A DNA stretch of 64,000 nucleotides, from contig CAZDWN010000003.1 of NCBI GenBank assembly GCA_964509365.1, positions 6,855 to 70,854 on the forward strand, in the 5' to 3' direction. Below, piece after piece: positions 19,837 through 28,789 of the stretch. The notes under the pieces are model-generated. The model was not told the origin of the DNA and did no database searches. It worked only from the letters and a program-made list of their open reading frames with translations. Both the position numbers and the translations under genes were made by a program. Positions within the stretch are counted from its first letter, which is position 1; the number at the start of each line of letters is the position of its first letter. Source of the stretch: an uncultured Pseudomonadales bacterium. GTDB lineage: Bacteria > Patescibacteriota > Microgenomatia > UBA1400 > UBA12028.

Positions 19837-20919
19837 TTACTGACTGATCCACTTGGCATCAACCGCTGGCACATAACCGACAAATCCGCCATCTCCTTCG
19901 AAGACATAAATTGGTTGAAGATAACTTTGCTGTGTGCTCCCACTATCAAAGTATGCAAGTGAGATACTTCGAATAACTGCTTCAGTCTGACCGTCCGAGA
20001 CGTTTGCTGAGTACCCTTTGCCGTTCGCCAGCAGTGTGAAGGCGGCCTGGGGAGTGATCAGTGGATAGGTCTGCACCGTTGCGTAATCGACAGGGAGATA
20101 GTTGTACTCGAGCGCGACAATCTGTTGTGATCGATCTTGGCTCCCACTAATGATGGCGCGGATAGTACCCTTGGTCGGGCGATCAGTCAGCACGGGGTAT
20201 TTACTGTAGATAGGTGTTCGGAATAAGTCGACTTGCAAGAAATCCGATTCCGAGTAGCTGACTGTATTTGTAAATGAACTTCCAGATGATTTGAGATAAC
20301 TCACCTTTGCGCTGCCGGTCGCCATATCTTTTGGAAGCAATCCAACTCCCGCAATGGTTTGTTTGGCGAGATCAATCGCAGCTTCTTCTGTCGGGAGTTT
20401 TGAGCTTTGCAAAAATGCAGGATTACTTTGCCAGTCGACTCGTAACGTGAATGTCCCATTGATGATGTTGTAATCAAGCACTGCGGGAAGAGGTTGCGTC
20501 CGGCGCCAGCGATACATCTCTGAAGTGATTCGTTCCGGATCGAATAAGAATCCTAATGTGTTTGCTTGCTTCGTCGCTTTGTCGACCGCTAAGAGACTCG
20601 CTCGCTTCGACGGCTCAAAAAACACAAAAATGCGATCGGAAGATGTCTGTAACTGAGTGGACGGAGCCTGCAAAGTGTATTTTGTGGGATTTGATTTTGC
20701 CACTGGAAACTGAATTTTTGGAAGAATTCCAAATCCGACTGTTGGCGGTGGCGGAGCGGCCGGATGCGTCGCTTTCCAATAGCCGACTGCTGACTCGACA
20801 AAGACTCGGCCGATGATAAGCGTCAAGAGCGTGACCCCACCAACCAGAATAACTTTGCGCATGGTGGCAGCGGTTTCTGTCAAATTCAGTGGCTTTGCCT
20901 TTGGTTTTGCCATACCCAC
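19837..20919 (-). CDS. Hypothetical membrane-anchored extracytoplasmic protein
   Basis: N-terminal TM (ILVGGVTLLTLIIG), PAAPPPP linker, beta-rich remainder. Confidence 0.5.
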   Translation of the reverse strand: MGMAKPKAKPLNLTETAATMRKVILVGGVTLLTLIIGRVFVESAVGYWKATHPAAPPPPTVGFGILPKIQFPVAKSNPTKYTLQAPSTQLQTSSDRIFVFFEPSKRASLLAVDKATKQANTLGFLFDPERITSEMYRWRRTQPLPAVLDYNIINGTFTLRVDWQSNPAFLQSSKLPTEEAAIDLAKQTIAGVGLLPKDMATGSAKVSYLKSSGSSFTNTVSYSESDFLQVDLFRTPIYSKYPVLTDRPTKGTIRAIISGSQDRSQQIVALEYNYLPVDYATVQTYPLITPQAAFTLLANGKGYSANVSDGQTEAVIRSISLAYFDSGSTQQSYLQPIYVFEGDGGFVGYVPAVDAKWISQ

Positions 20920-20978
20920 TAGTATATAGCGACTTCCAGCTAGCGACTAGAGAGAGAAGAAGTATAATAGGCCTATCT

Positions 20979-22382
20979 ATGATCCGAACTCGCATCGCAC
21001 CAAGTCCAACCGGAATTGCTCATATCGGAACTGCCTACATGGCACTGTTTAACTATGCCTTCGCGAAGAAAAACGGCGGTGAATTCTTGGTACGCATCGA
21101 AGACACTGATCGAGCACGGTTTGTGGAAGGTGCAGAACAGGTCATCTATGACGCTTTGGCCTGGCTAGAGATCCCGTATACCCCATCGTTTCGTCAATCA
21201 GAACGACTTCCTATCTATAAACAGTTCGCTGAGGAGTTGGTGAAAAGTGGCCATGCATATTATTGCTTCTGTACGAGCGATCGACTCGAGGCGATGCGTG
21301 CAGAACAACAAGCGAGAAAAGAAATCCCACGCTATGATCGTTTGTGCACACACCTCTCTTCTGAAGAAATCGAGAAACGACTGGCTTCCGGAGAATCACA
21401 TGTGATCCGGATGCGAATGCCAGAATCCGAAGTAATCAGCTGGGAGGATTTGATCCGCGGTCACGTAGAAATCAATACGAAAGAACTCGATGATCAAGTC
21501 CTCATGAAGTCCGATGGATTTCCAACCTATCATCTCGCGGTAGTGGTCGATGATCATGAGATGCAAATCTCTCATATCATTCGAGGTGAAGAGTGGATTA
21601 GCAGCACTCCAAAGCACATTTTGCTTTATAGATTTTTTGGGTGGGAATTACCGGTGTTTGCCCATATGCCACTGCTTCGCAATCCAGACAAAACGAAGAT
21701 GAGCAAACGAAAAAATGATGTGAGTATCCCATCGTACAAACAAAAGGGGTATCTGCCGACCGCACTACGAAATTATCTGTGTCTATTGGGCTGGTCGCAT
21801 CCAGATGAAAAAGATATTTTTGATTTGCAAGAATTTATTGAGAAGTTCTCGTTTGAGCGCATGGTGAAAAGTGGACCAATATTTGATATTTCAAAACTCA
21901 ACTGGATGAACGGCAAATATATTCGCGAGCATATCTCTGATGCCGACCTGCAAGTCGCGATTGCTCCATTTTTGCCTGCAGCATATCCAAGAGATTTATT
22001 GCCGAACGTGTTGCCGCTTATCAAAGATCGATTGGTCTTCTTGTCAGATGTAGAGCCACTCTCTCACTTCTTTTATAAGGAGCCGACATTGAGTATCGAA
22101 AAGCTCCTATGGAAAAAGACCACGAGTGAAGAAGCGAAACTGTACCTTTCGAAAGCGTTGGAATTGGTATCTGACGCTTCCAATTGGAAGGCAAGTGAAC
22201 TTGAATCATTGCTTCTTCAAACCTGTGACGCAAATGAATGGCCTCGTGGTGGCTTTTTCATGTCGATTCGATTGGCCGTCACTGGGGAGACTGCGACTCC
22301 TCCACTGTTTGATACCATCGAAGTAATAGGCAAAGAGAAGACGCTCGCTCGCATCCAGCAGGCAATTACCTTGCTTGACTGA
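20979..22382 (+). CDS. gltX: Glutamyl-tRNA synthetase
   Basis: RIAPSPTGIAHIGTA (HIGH) and KMSKRK (KMSKS) motifs; start at MIRTRIA. Confidence 0.9.
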   Translation: MIRTRIAPSPTGIAHIGTAYMALFNYAFAKKNGGEFLVRIEDTDRARFVEGAEQVIYDALAWLEIPYTPSFRQSERLPIYKQFAEELVKSGHAYYCFCTSDRLEAMRAEQQARKEIPRYDRLCTHLSSEEIEKRLASGESHVIRMRMPESEVISWEDLIRGHVEINTKELDDQVLMKSDGFPTYHLAVVVDDHEMQISHIIRGEEWISSTPKHILLYRFFGWELPVFAHMPLLRNPDKTKMSKRKNDVSIPSYKQKGYLPTALRNYLCLLGWSHPDEKDIFDLQEFIEKFSFERMVKSGPIFDISKLNWMNGKYIREHISDADLQVAIAPFLPAAYPRDLLPNVLPLIKDRLVFLSDVEPLSHFFYKEPTLSIEKLLWKKTTSEEAKLYLSKALELVSDASNWKASELESLLLQTCDANEWPRGGFFMSIRLAVTGETATPPLFDTIEVIGKEKTLARIQQAITLLD

Positions 22383-22859
22383 TTATTTCAGCTTTCCGTG
22401 TCCAAACCGTCCCATACCCGCCAAATACTTCAGGTCAATTCCATTGGCGTCTGCCCACTTTTTGAGCTCGGCTTTCTTTGTTGCCATGGCTGTTCGACGC
22501 TCGGCGGGAGAGAGTGATTTCATCGAATCCGCACTTGCAGTCTTTTCACTCTCAATTTCTTTGTGCTTTGCCAGGATGAGCGCCTTTTGTGACTGCGTGA
22601 TATTTCCAGCTGTTACTTCGTCAGAAAGATGTTGTTCGTACTTCGCTTCGAACTGTGCCATGCGCTCTTGACGTTGTTGATCAAAAACGGCCTGAACATC
22701 TTCAGTCTTGAGACTAAACTTTTGAGCAATCTTTGATACCAAGGTTGATTGAACGGTTGAGTCTTGGGCGAACGCGTCTCTCGCGCTATACATACCGGCA
22801 CCGACAATCGAGATAGCCAATGCGGATACAAAAATCAATCGTTTTGCTTTACTCACCAT
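22383..22859 (-). CDS. Hypothetical secreted helical protein
   Basis: Signal peptide or TM (LIFVSALAISIVGAG), then a Gln/Glu/Lys-rich helical region. Confidence 0.4.
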   Translation of the reverse strand: MVSKAKRLIFVSALAISIVGAGMYSARDAFAQDSTVQSTLVSKIAQKFSLKTEDVQAVFDQQRQERMAQFEAKYEQHLSDEVTAGNITQSQKALILAKHKEIESEKTASADSMKSLSPAERRTAMATKKAELKKWADANGIDLKYLAGMGRFGHGKLK

Positions 22860-22958
22860 AACGGACCTCCTACTACGCTGTTGAATACGGGTTTGACACT
22901 ACTTGTGCTGCCTCCTTCCTTGGTGGATTGATAGTACAAAGTGAGTCTGAGGAGTTCC

Positions 22959-23303
22959 TTAGAGGTTTTCGTCAGTGGTGAGGAAATCACTGATCATCTC
23001 GTCAAAAAACCGCTCACTATGCTCGCGGATGAGCTCTGAAATATTACTTTGACTATGTGAATCAATGAAATAGAAATGGTAGGTATCGTATGGAGCCGCA
23101 TGAAATCGTTCGATGTACGCCTCATGTTTCTCTTTCGGTAACTGACTCAAGATGATAATGAGGATCTCAGTATGCAAAGATTCCTCGATGACTTCGACAA
23201 GCTCGAGTCGTTCGTCGCCAAAAACGCCAAGGCTATCAAGACTTTGAGTCATTTTTTCCCAGTTGATCAAGTGATCATAAAAAAGTGTTGCCATTTGCTG
23301 CAT
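22959..23303 (-). CDS. Hypothetical acidic cytoplasmic protein
   Basis: 114-aa ORF with no recognisable motif. Confidence 0.35.
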   Translation of the reverse strand: MQQMATLFYDHLINWEKMTQSLDSLGVFGDERLELVEVIEESLHTEILIIILSQLPKEKHEAYIERFHAAPYDTYHFYFIDSHSQSNISELIREHSERFFDEMISDFLTTDENL

Positions 23304-23307
23304 TCCT

Positions 23308-24201
23308 TTATTTCGATGCTATAAATTGACTTGCGTTCGCGTTCACCGGTCCCAGTGCGATCGTTCCTCCGTGCTCATCAACAAAATACAAGAGCACCAT
23401 ACCATTATTTTTATTTGCAAATGGTTGCAAATACTCCATTACTTCTGGTGAACCTCCGAACTGTTTACCCGTCCACGCAGCGGGTCCCGCATCACCAACT
23501 ACCGCGACGACAGAGCGACCATTTGAAGGGTTGATGACGAGCACTTTACGAAATTTATACCATTCTTTGAGATCTTTATACGATTGATTCCAATTCGGCA
23601 GATACATGGTCTGCACCGCAACGTAATATTTCTCTCGCTGAAGCGCTTCTGCGGTGAGCGCATCTTTCGTCGGTGCAAAGTACCCAAATGCGCCTCTTCC
23701 AGCCGTCAGGCCTTTGACTTGTAAGGCATCGTGCTGAGTAATGGAGTCACCTGGGTAGCGTGGCAAATGTTGTTCTCCACCAATTCTGCCATAACTGCTA
23801 TTGAGTCGATGACCATCAAGCTCTGCGCTGGCCGTGACACCAAGGACTTCTTGCACGATGGTCGAGACGTCTCGCTCTTGTGCATTTGTGAGAGCGTGTG
23901 TGTTCTTTGGGATAGCCAGATGAAGTTTCTCTTGCAACTTTGCGTCAGTGGACGCCTTTTGGACTTTTTCATGAATGGGATGGATACCGGAGAATGTTCG
24001 CTCCAGCGTGGGTGTGCCAAGCACGAGGCTGCCTGCCAGGAGTGCCCCAGAGACGATCTTGGCGCTATGGCGGCGCAGATCTTTCATGTACAGTTTCAGA
24101 TCGACGAGTTTCGTCGCGGCATGGGGATACAGGCTCTCAAGTTTACTTTTGGAGACCGCGGCTCGTTTCTTCGCTTTTTGCGTATGGGTTGATGAGCTCA
24201 T
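23308..24201 (-). CDS. Membrane-anchored RlpA-like (DPBB / 3D-domain) protein, putative peptidoglycan-binding or lytic
   Basis: C-terminal motif VLVINPSNGRSVVAVVGDAGPAAW...GSPEVMEYL resembles the RlpA double-psi beta-barrel. Confidence 0.45.
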   Translation of the reverse strand: MSSSTHTQKAKKRAAVSKSKLESLYPHAATKLVDLKLYMKDLRRHSAKIVSGALLAGSLVLGTPTLERTFSGIHPIHEKVQKASTDAKLQEKLHLAIPKNTHALTNAQERDVSTIVQEVLGVTASAELDGHRLNSSYGRIGGEQHLPRYPGDSITQHDALQVKGLTAGRGAFGYFAPTKDALTAEALQREKYYVAVQTMYLPNWNQSYKDLKEWYKFRKVLVINPSNGRSVVAVVGDAGPAAWTGKQFGGSPEVMEYLQPFANKNNGMVLLYFVDEHGGTIALGPVNANASQFIASK

Positions 24202-24296
24202 GCCTTTCCATCATAGGGACTCGAGAGTGGTGTATTCAAGTGCGAATCAGCGGGTGGGCTTTTATCTGGTAAAATAGTCTGTGGACTTTGCCACTT

Positions 24297-24367
24297 TTGC
24301 CAGATCGTCTAATGGTAGGACAACGGACTCTGAATCCGTTTATCTAAGTTCGAATCTTAGTCTGGCA
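24297..24367 (+). tRNA. tRNA-Gln (anticodon CTG), CCA not encoded
   Basis: U1:A72 acceptor TGCCAGA/TCTGGCA, discriminator G, anticodon loop CTCTGAA, T-arm CTAAG-TTCGAAT-CTTAG. Confidence 0.8.
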
Positions 24368-24486
24368 GCCCTTTCGTTCTTACTCGGAAAGATCATTTCC
24401 AAAAAGCACTACAATCGAGAAAATTGGGAAATTAGGTTCTCATCCTGAATGTTTAGTTGTGGTGCAATTTGAAGTGGGTGAAGGAA

Positions 24487-24563
24487 GGTACATAGAGGGT
24501 AGATAGAGGGTAGATAGAGGGTAGATAGAAGGTAGATAGAAGGTAGATAGAGGGTAGATAGAG
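24487..24563. repeat. Tandem repeat, 11-mer GGTAGATAGAG x7 (variants GGTACATAGAG and ...GAA)
   Basis: Read directly: seven head-to-tail 11-nt units between tRNA-Gln and the stop of the downstream minus-strand gene. Confidence 0.9.
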
Positions 24564-24601
24564 AAGAAATATTGAATTGGACTTCAATAACAGAGTGAGA
24601 G

Positions 24602-26050
24602 TTACTTTTTCAAAGATTCACCTAAAACATACCTTGTGTAGCGGTAGCTTCCTGCCTTTTGGAGTAGTCCAAGCCGAGTTAATCTTGCCAGTTCTTTTGT
24701 AGCTTTTCGATCATCGTGCACATTGTTCATATTGTTTAAGTCTCTATAAATCTCATTGGTAATACCATCGAGATAATGTCTTACATACACAAGTGCATTT
24801 AATTGAGACTCATTCAGCTTGTACGGATTTAACTTCGATAACCATAGCTGGTCATCACCTTTGATGAACGACGTACTAAAGATTGTGGCAACGAACCAAT
24901 CAGCATGGTGCTCAAATTTTGGTTCTGCAAGACCAGCAGCTTTTAACGAGCTTTTAATTGTTCTGATTCCGCGCGCGCGCTGCTCAGTGATGTCTAGATC
25001 TCTCAGATAATTCATGAGCAATGGATTTCTAGTTTCTGAATGTGCAGTTTCGATTTTATCCAGCGGAACTAAGCTTCTACCAGGATTTGAAAATTCAATT
25101 CGATCAGAATAAATATCAATCTGAACTTTTGAGGTATAAGTTGAGTAGTCTCTGTGAGCGATTGAATTTGCAAGCGTTTCACGTATCGCAACTACAGGAA
25201 TGGCAAGATGACCTCTTCTTTTTCCTTCAGGGTCAATTCTGCTACGAATTGGAACTTTTGTCAGAATAAATTTATATGCATTCCAAAACTGCTCTGATGC
25301 ATTTCCATAAAACTCACGATCGTCTAAACTGACTTCTTCAGTATCGGATGGATTAACTTTTGATATACCTTGATACTGTGTAACGGCAATACTCACAGTA
25401 GGAGCTGTAACGTCTTGCAAACTGTGAGCGTCACTAAAAGCTAATAGTCCAAACATAGTGATGCCATTTTCAGTTACTGCCCTAAGTTTCTCAAGAATTT
25501 CGGTAACACTCAAATCCTTGTAAACATCTCCACGTTTCTCTTTCACAGCTGCAAGATATTTTTCAATTGCTGATAGTGAAAAAAGTTTTGTATAGTCTCC
25601 TCTAAATTCTTGAAGTTCTGCTCCCCCACGTGCAGCAACTGCGAATCTACGAATCCATTCGTCATCAAGCGGAAGATTTGCCGTTCCAATGCGAATTCTT
25701 CCACCTTTGATTATTCCTCTGCTCGGTGTATAAATAGGTCTAAGTGAAGCTGGTACCGGCGGGATATAAATTTTTATTACATCATTTTCATCAACAGAGA
25801 TATCGGGATACAATTTATGATTAAATCCAGAAATGCATAATGAGGTGACATCTTGCTGGAGTTTATCCAGAAATTCCGGCTTTATTCCAATTATATTTCC
25901 ATCCTTATCGACTCCAAGGTTTATGGTGCCACCGTCAACATTGGAAAAAGCAGAGATTGGTTCCCAAATATCGTGAGGCAAGTTGCCTGTGCTAACCAAC
26001 TTATTCTCTTCATTCTCTCCTTCAATGATTTTTTCTGCATCTTTAGTCAT
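24602..26050 (-). CDS. AlbA_2 (Schlafen-like divergent AAA) N-terminal domain plus HATPase_c_4 C-terminal region; putative DNA-binding regulator or defence-associated ATPase (often mislabelled RecG-like)
   Basis: N-terminus E..E.K..VS...LPHDIWEPISAFSNVDGGTINLGVDKDGNIIG matches the AlbA_2 signature; 482 aa; locally AT-rich (about 33-38% GC by eye). Confidence 0.65.
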   Translation of the reverse strand: MTKDAEKIIEGENEENKLVSTGNLPHDIWEPISAFSNVDGGTINLGVDKDGNIIGIKPEFLDKLQQDVTSLCISGFNHKLYPDISVDENDVIKIYIPPVPASLRPIYTPSRGIIKGGRIRIGTANLPLDDEWIRRFAVAARGGAELQEFRGDYTKLFSLSAIEKYLAAVKEKRGDVYKDLSVTEILEKLRAVTENGITMFGLLAFSDAHSLQDVTAPTVSIAVTQYQGISKVNPSDTEEVSLDDREFYGNASEQFWNAYKFILTKVPIRSRIDPEGKRRGHLAIPVVAIRETLANSIAHRDYSTYTSKVQIDIYSDRIEFSNPGRSLVPLDKIETAHSETRNPLLMNYLRDLDITEQRARGIRTIKSSLKAAGLAEPKFEHHADWFVATIFSTSFIKGDDQLWLSKLNPYKLNESQLNALVYVRHYLDGITNEIYRDLNNMNNVHDDRKATKELARLTRLGLLQKAGSYRYTRYVLGESLKK

Positions 26051-26198
26051 CTGGAGGGTATTCTACATTATCAAAGCCTTAGAAGAAAATGTCGGTGAGA
26101 ATTGAAAATTAATAACTACTCCTGTTATTGGCCTGATTAGTGACCGATACTGGTAGCACTGCAATCGCGACCTTCTTTCTTTTTGATACAATCGGTGC

Positions 26199-26702
26199 AT
26201 GGAACAATCTATCATACGACTGTATGAGCCCAAAGATTACGATGCTGTCTGTGCGTTGATGAGTGAACTTCAAACGCACTTCGCACAAGTGGACACGATG
26301 GGTGAGTCACGACAATTTTCATCTGGAGAGGAAGCAAAGCAGTATGTCGATCAAGGCTTGAAAGACATTCGTGAGATGAATGGTGTCTGTTTTGTCGCTG
26401 AGCGTAACAGAATGGTAATTGGCTTTGTCCAAGGAATCATTGACATGCATGAGGGGCAAGTCATGCATGTACTTGGTCATAATGACAGCATTGACGGGTG
26501 GATTGGACTGCTCATCGTGACGAAAAAATTCAGAAACCAGCGAGTGGGGAAACAGCTCATGGAAAATATGAAAACATATTTTCAAACAAATAGTTGCGCC
26601 ACTGTTCGACTGAAAGTCATGTCAGATAACGTAAGTTCACTTCGCATGTACGAATCACTGGGATTCAAAGCAAAAGAAATTGAGATGGTATTATCGCTAT
26701 AA
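26199..26702 (+). CDS. GNAT family N-acetyltransferase
   Basis: Motif A region RNQRVGKQLMENM and C-terminal MYESLGFK. Confidence 0.7.
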   Translation: MEQSIIRLYEPKDYDAVCALMSELQTHFAQVDTMGESRQFSSGEEAKQYVDQGLKDIREMNGVCFVAERNRMVIGFVQGIIDMHEGQVMHVLGHNDSIDGWIGLLIVTKKFRNQRVGKQLMENMKTYFQTNSCATVRLKVMSDNVSSLRMYESLGFKAKEIEMVLSL

Positions 26703-26711
26703 TTTCATATT

Positions 26712-27182
26712 ATGACTTCAGAAATTCCACAACCAAACAATACTCATAGTGACAAAAATCCTGTGGGACGATTTATGGTGGCAGTGGGTGCTCTCATTAT
26801 TCATGATGTCTCAAAGAAAATTTTGATTGTGCAACGAGCGTCAAGCCAAGACTGGCATCCAAATGAATGGGAAATCACCTACGGACGCATTGACCAACAT
26901 GAAAATCCAGAAGATGGTTTGCGGCGTGAAGTATCTGAAGAGATAGGGATCAAAGATCTCTCAATTCATTCAATCCTTCGAGTGTGGCACATGTACCGCG
27001 GACCGGAAATCGCTGAGAATGATTTGATCGGTATAACCTATGTCTGCTCAACACTTCAGACTGACGTGAAAATTTCTCATGAACATCAAGCATTTCGTTG
27101 GGTCACTGCCCAGGAAGCATTAGAGTTCATATCTGTCGAAGGCATTCGGAAAGACATAGAGACATACATTCATCGCGAGTAA
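26712..27182 (+). CDS. NUDIX hydrolase
   Basis: Nudix box GRIDQHENPEDGLRREVSEEIGI (GX5EX7REUXEEXGU). Confidence 0.8.
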   Translation: MTSEIPQPNNTHSDKNPVGRFMVAVGALIIHDVSKKILIVQRASSQDWHPNEWEITYGRIDQHENPEDGLRREVSEEIGIKDLSIHSILRVWHMYRGPEIAENDLIGITYVCSTLQTDVKISHEHQAFRWVTAQEALEFISVEGIRKDIETYIHRE

Positions 27183-27194
27183 CTAGATACAAGT

Positions 27195-27878
27195 ATGATT
27201 GATGAACTTCTTTATACGGACTTGGTGCCTTCGCAAACCTATATAAACGGATATTCAACTTCAATTTTTGAGACACCGAGTGATCCGAGTGTCCTGGTGA
27301 AAGAAGTCAATTCTCTACGAATGAGTAATGTAAGAATTCCGGACTATGATAAGAAGCTTTTCATAGAGGAAGTCGGAGGTGCGTTAGAAATTTTGAGTGA
27401 TCCATCGAATGGACTAGCATATTCCATTCCAGACACATCACTTCAGTGGGGAAGATCTCATCCATATCTTACTCAGGAGCGAGGCTTCATCGTCATGAAA
27501 AAGGTAGAGGGGCAGGAGATTCAAAAAATCCACGTGCTTGATAGTCACTTGGCGAGTAGATTGGATTGTCTATTATCTAGCGTTCTTCTTTTCGGAATGA
27601 ATAATTTGAACGAACGAAAACGAGAAAGAACTATCCCAGATATTATTGCTTCGACAGGCTTTATTAACATCGTTATTGGCACCACTGACGAGGACGACGA
27701 AACAAAGCCATATATTATTGATACATATCCGGCATCGGTATCATTGGATTATCTGAGAAGCACTTGGCTGTATGCGATACGTTGCTTGAAGGGAAAATCT
27801 CATGATTTTGAATTTCCCCAAACTACTGAGGCCATGAAAATGTTTTTCCGTTCACCGCAACTGAGGAGACGAAAGTAG
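27195..27878 (+). CDS. Hypothetical protein, third gene of the GNAT-NUDIX operon
   Basis: 227 aa with no recognisable motif; 12-nt gap from the NUDIX stop. Confidence 0.45.
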   Translation: MIDELLYTDLVPSQTYINGYSTSIFETPSDPSVLVKEVNSLRMSNVRIPDYDKKLFIEEVGGALEILSDPSNGLAYSIPDTSLQWGRSHPYLTQERGFIVMKKVEGQEIQKIHVLDSHLASRLDCLLSSVLLFGMNNLNERKRERTIPDIIASTGFINIVIGTTDEDDETKPYIIDTYPASVSLDYLRSTWLYAIRCLKGKSHDFEFPQTTEAMKMFFRSPQLRRRK

Positions 27879-27884
27879 TTTACT

Positions 27885-28787
27885 TCAGTAATACTCTACT
27901 ACTAATTGCGGTTGTTCACTTCCATTATTTGAAGCGCTAAACGAGACGACATCTCCAGGATTACTTCCGCCCTTAGCCTCTGTTGAGAAATGCAATCGAA
28001 ACTGGGAGCTGTTGTGAAGTGCGCGATCTTTTTTCACTTGCGAGGTGACATCAAGCGTTTTCCATTCCGCAATCTGACTGGATCCGATCGTGCCAAATGA
28101 GGCTTGATAGAGAGTGCCGCCTGAAAATGAATCACCAGTTAATGTCGTGCCATAGTCGAGGTGATCGACTTGGATGGTCCCCAATGCACTATAGGGTGAA
28201 CCATAGACTGAGCGTTGATAGAGTCTTAATGTCGCTTTGCTAATGGTTGCTGTGGAGGGGATTTCAGTCAAATCAAAACCCACAAATCCTCGATAGATAA
28301 ATCCAGTGGTACGCCCAACATCAATGTATCCTTGAGCACTCACATACCCAGTGTCGGTGACGTTTCCTTCCTGTCCTGCAGCCTTGTTGAGAGTCTTAAC
28401 CATGGGTGATGGTGTCGGAGTTGCAGAGACTACAGGAGTAGAGGTAACTGCGGGAATTGCTGTAGGTTTGATCGCTGCTTTCGCAGTCGCAGTTGCACGG
28501 GGGCTCGTCAGAGGAGAACCACTAGCACTAGACGAGCGCGGCGACTGGATGAGATCCTCAGTGTCTTCCAACTGAGGAAGTGGCGTCGGACTCATCACTG
28601 GAGTGACTATTGGCGTTGCATTTGGAGCGTTACTTTGATCAAGATACATTTTGGCGCCAACAAGTATTGCGATTATGGCAATGACACTCAGCACTGAGGC
28701 AATAATGAACGGCGTTTTTGATTTTTGGACTGGCTGCGGCGTAAGCTCCGGCGTTTCTTGGATTGTCTGTACTTGTGGTGTTTCCAT
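27885..28787 (-). CDS. Signal-anchored surface protein with Pro/Thr/Ser-rich linker and a C-terminal beta-rich domain
   Basis: N-terminal TM IIASVLSVIAIIAILVG, PT-rich stretch, C-terminal domain ending VVEYY. Confidence 0.5.
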   Translation of the reverse strand: METPQVQTIQETPELTPQPVQKSKTPFIIASVLSVIAIIAILVGAKMYLDQSNAPNATPIVTPVMSPTPLPQLEDTEDLIQSPRSSSASGSPLTSPRATATAKAAIKPTAIPAVTSTPVVSATPTPSPMVKTLNKAAGQEGNVTDTGYVSAQGYIDVGRTTGFIYRGFVGFDLTEIPSTATISKATLRLYQRSVYGSPYSALGTIQVDHLDYGTTLTGDSFSGGTLYQASFGTIGSSQIAEWKTLDVTSQVKKDRALHNSSQFRLHFSTEAKGGSNPGDVVSFSASNNGSEQPQLVVEYY

Positions 28788-28789
28788 GG

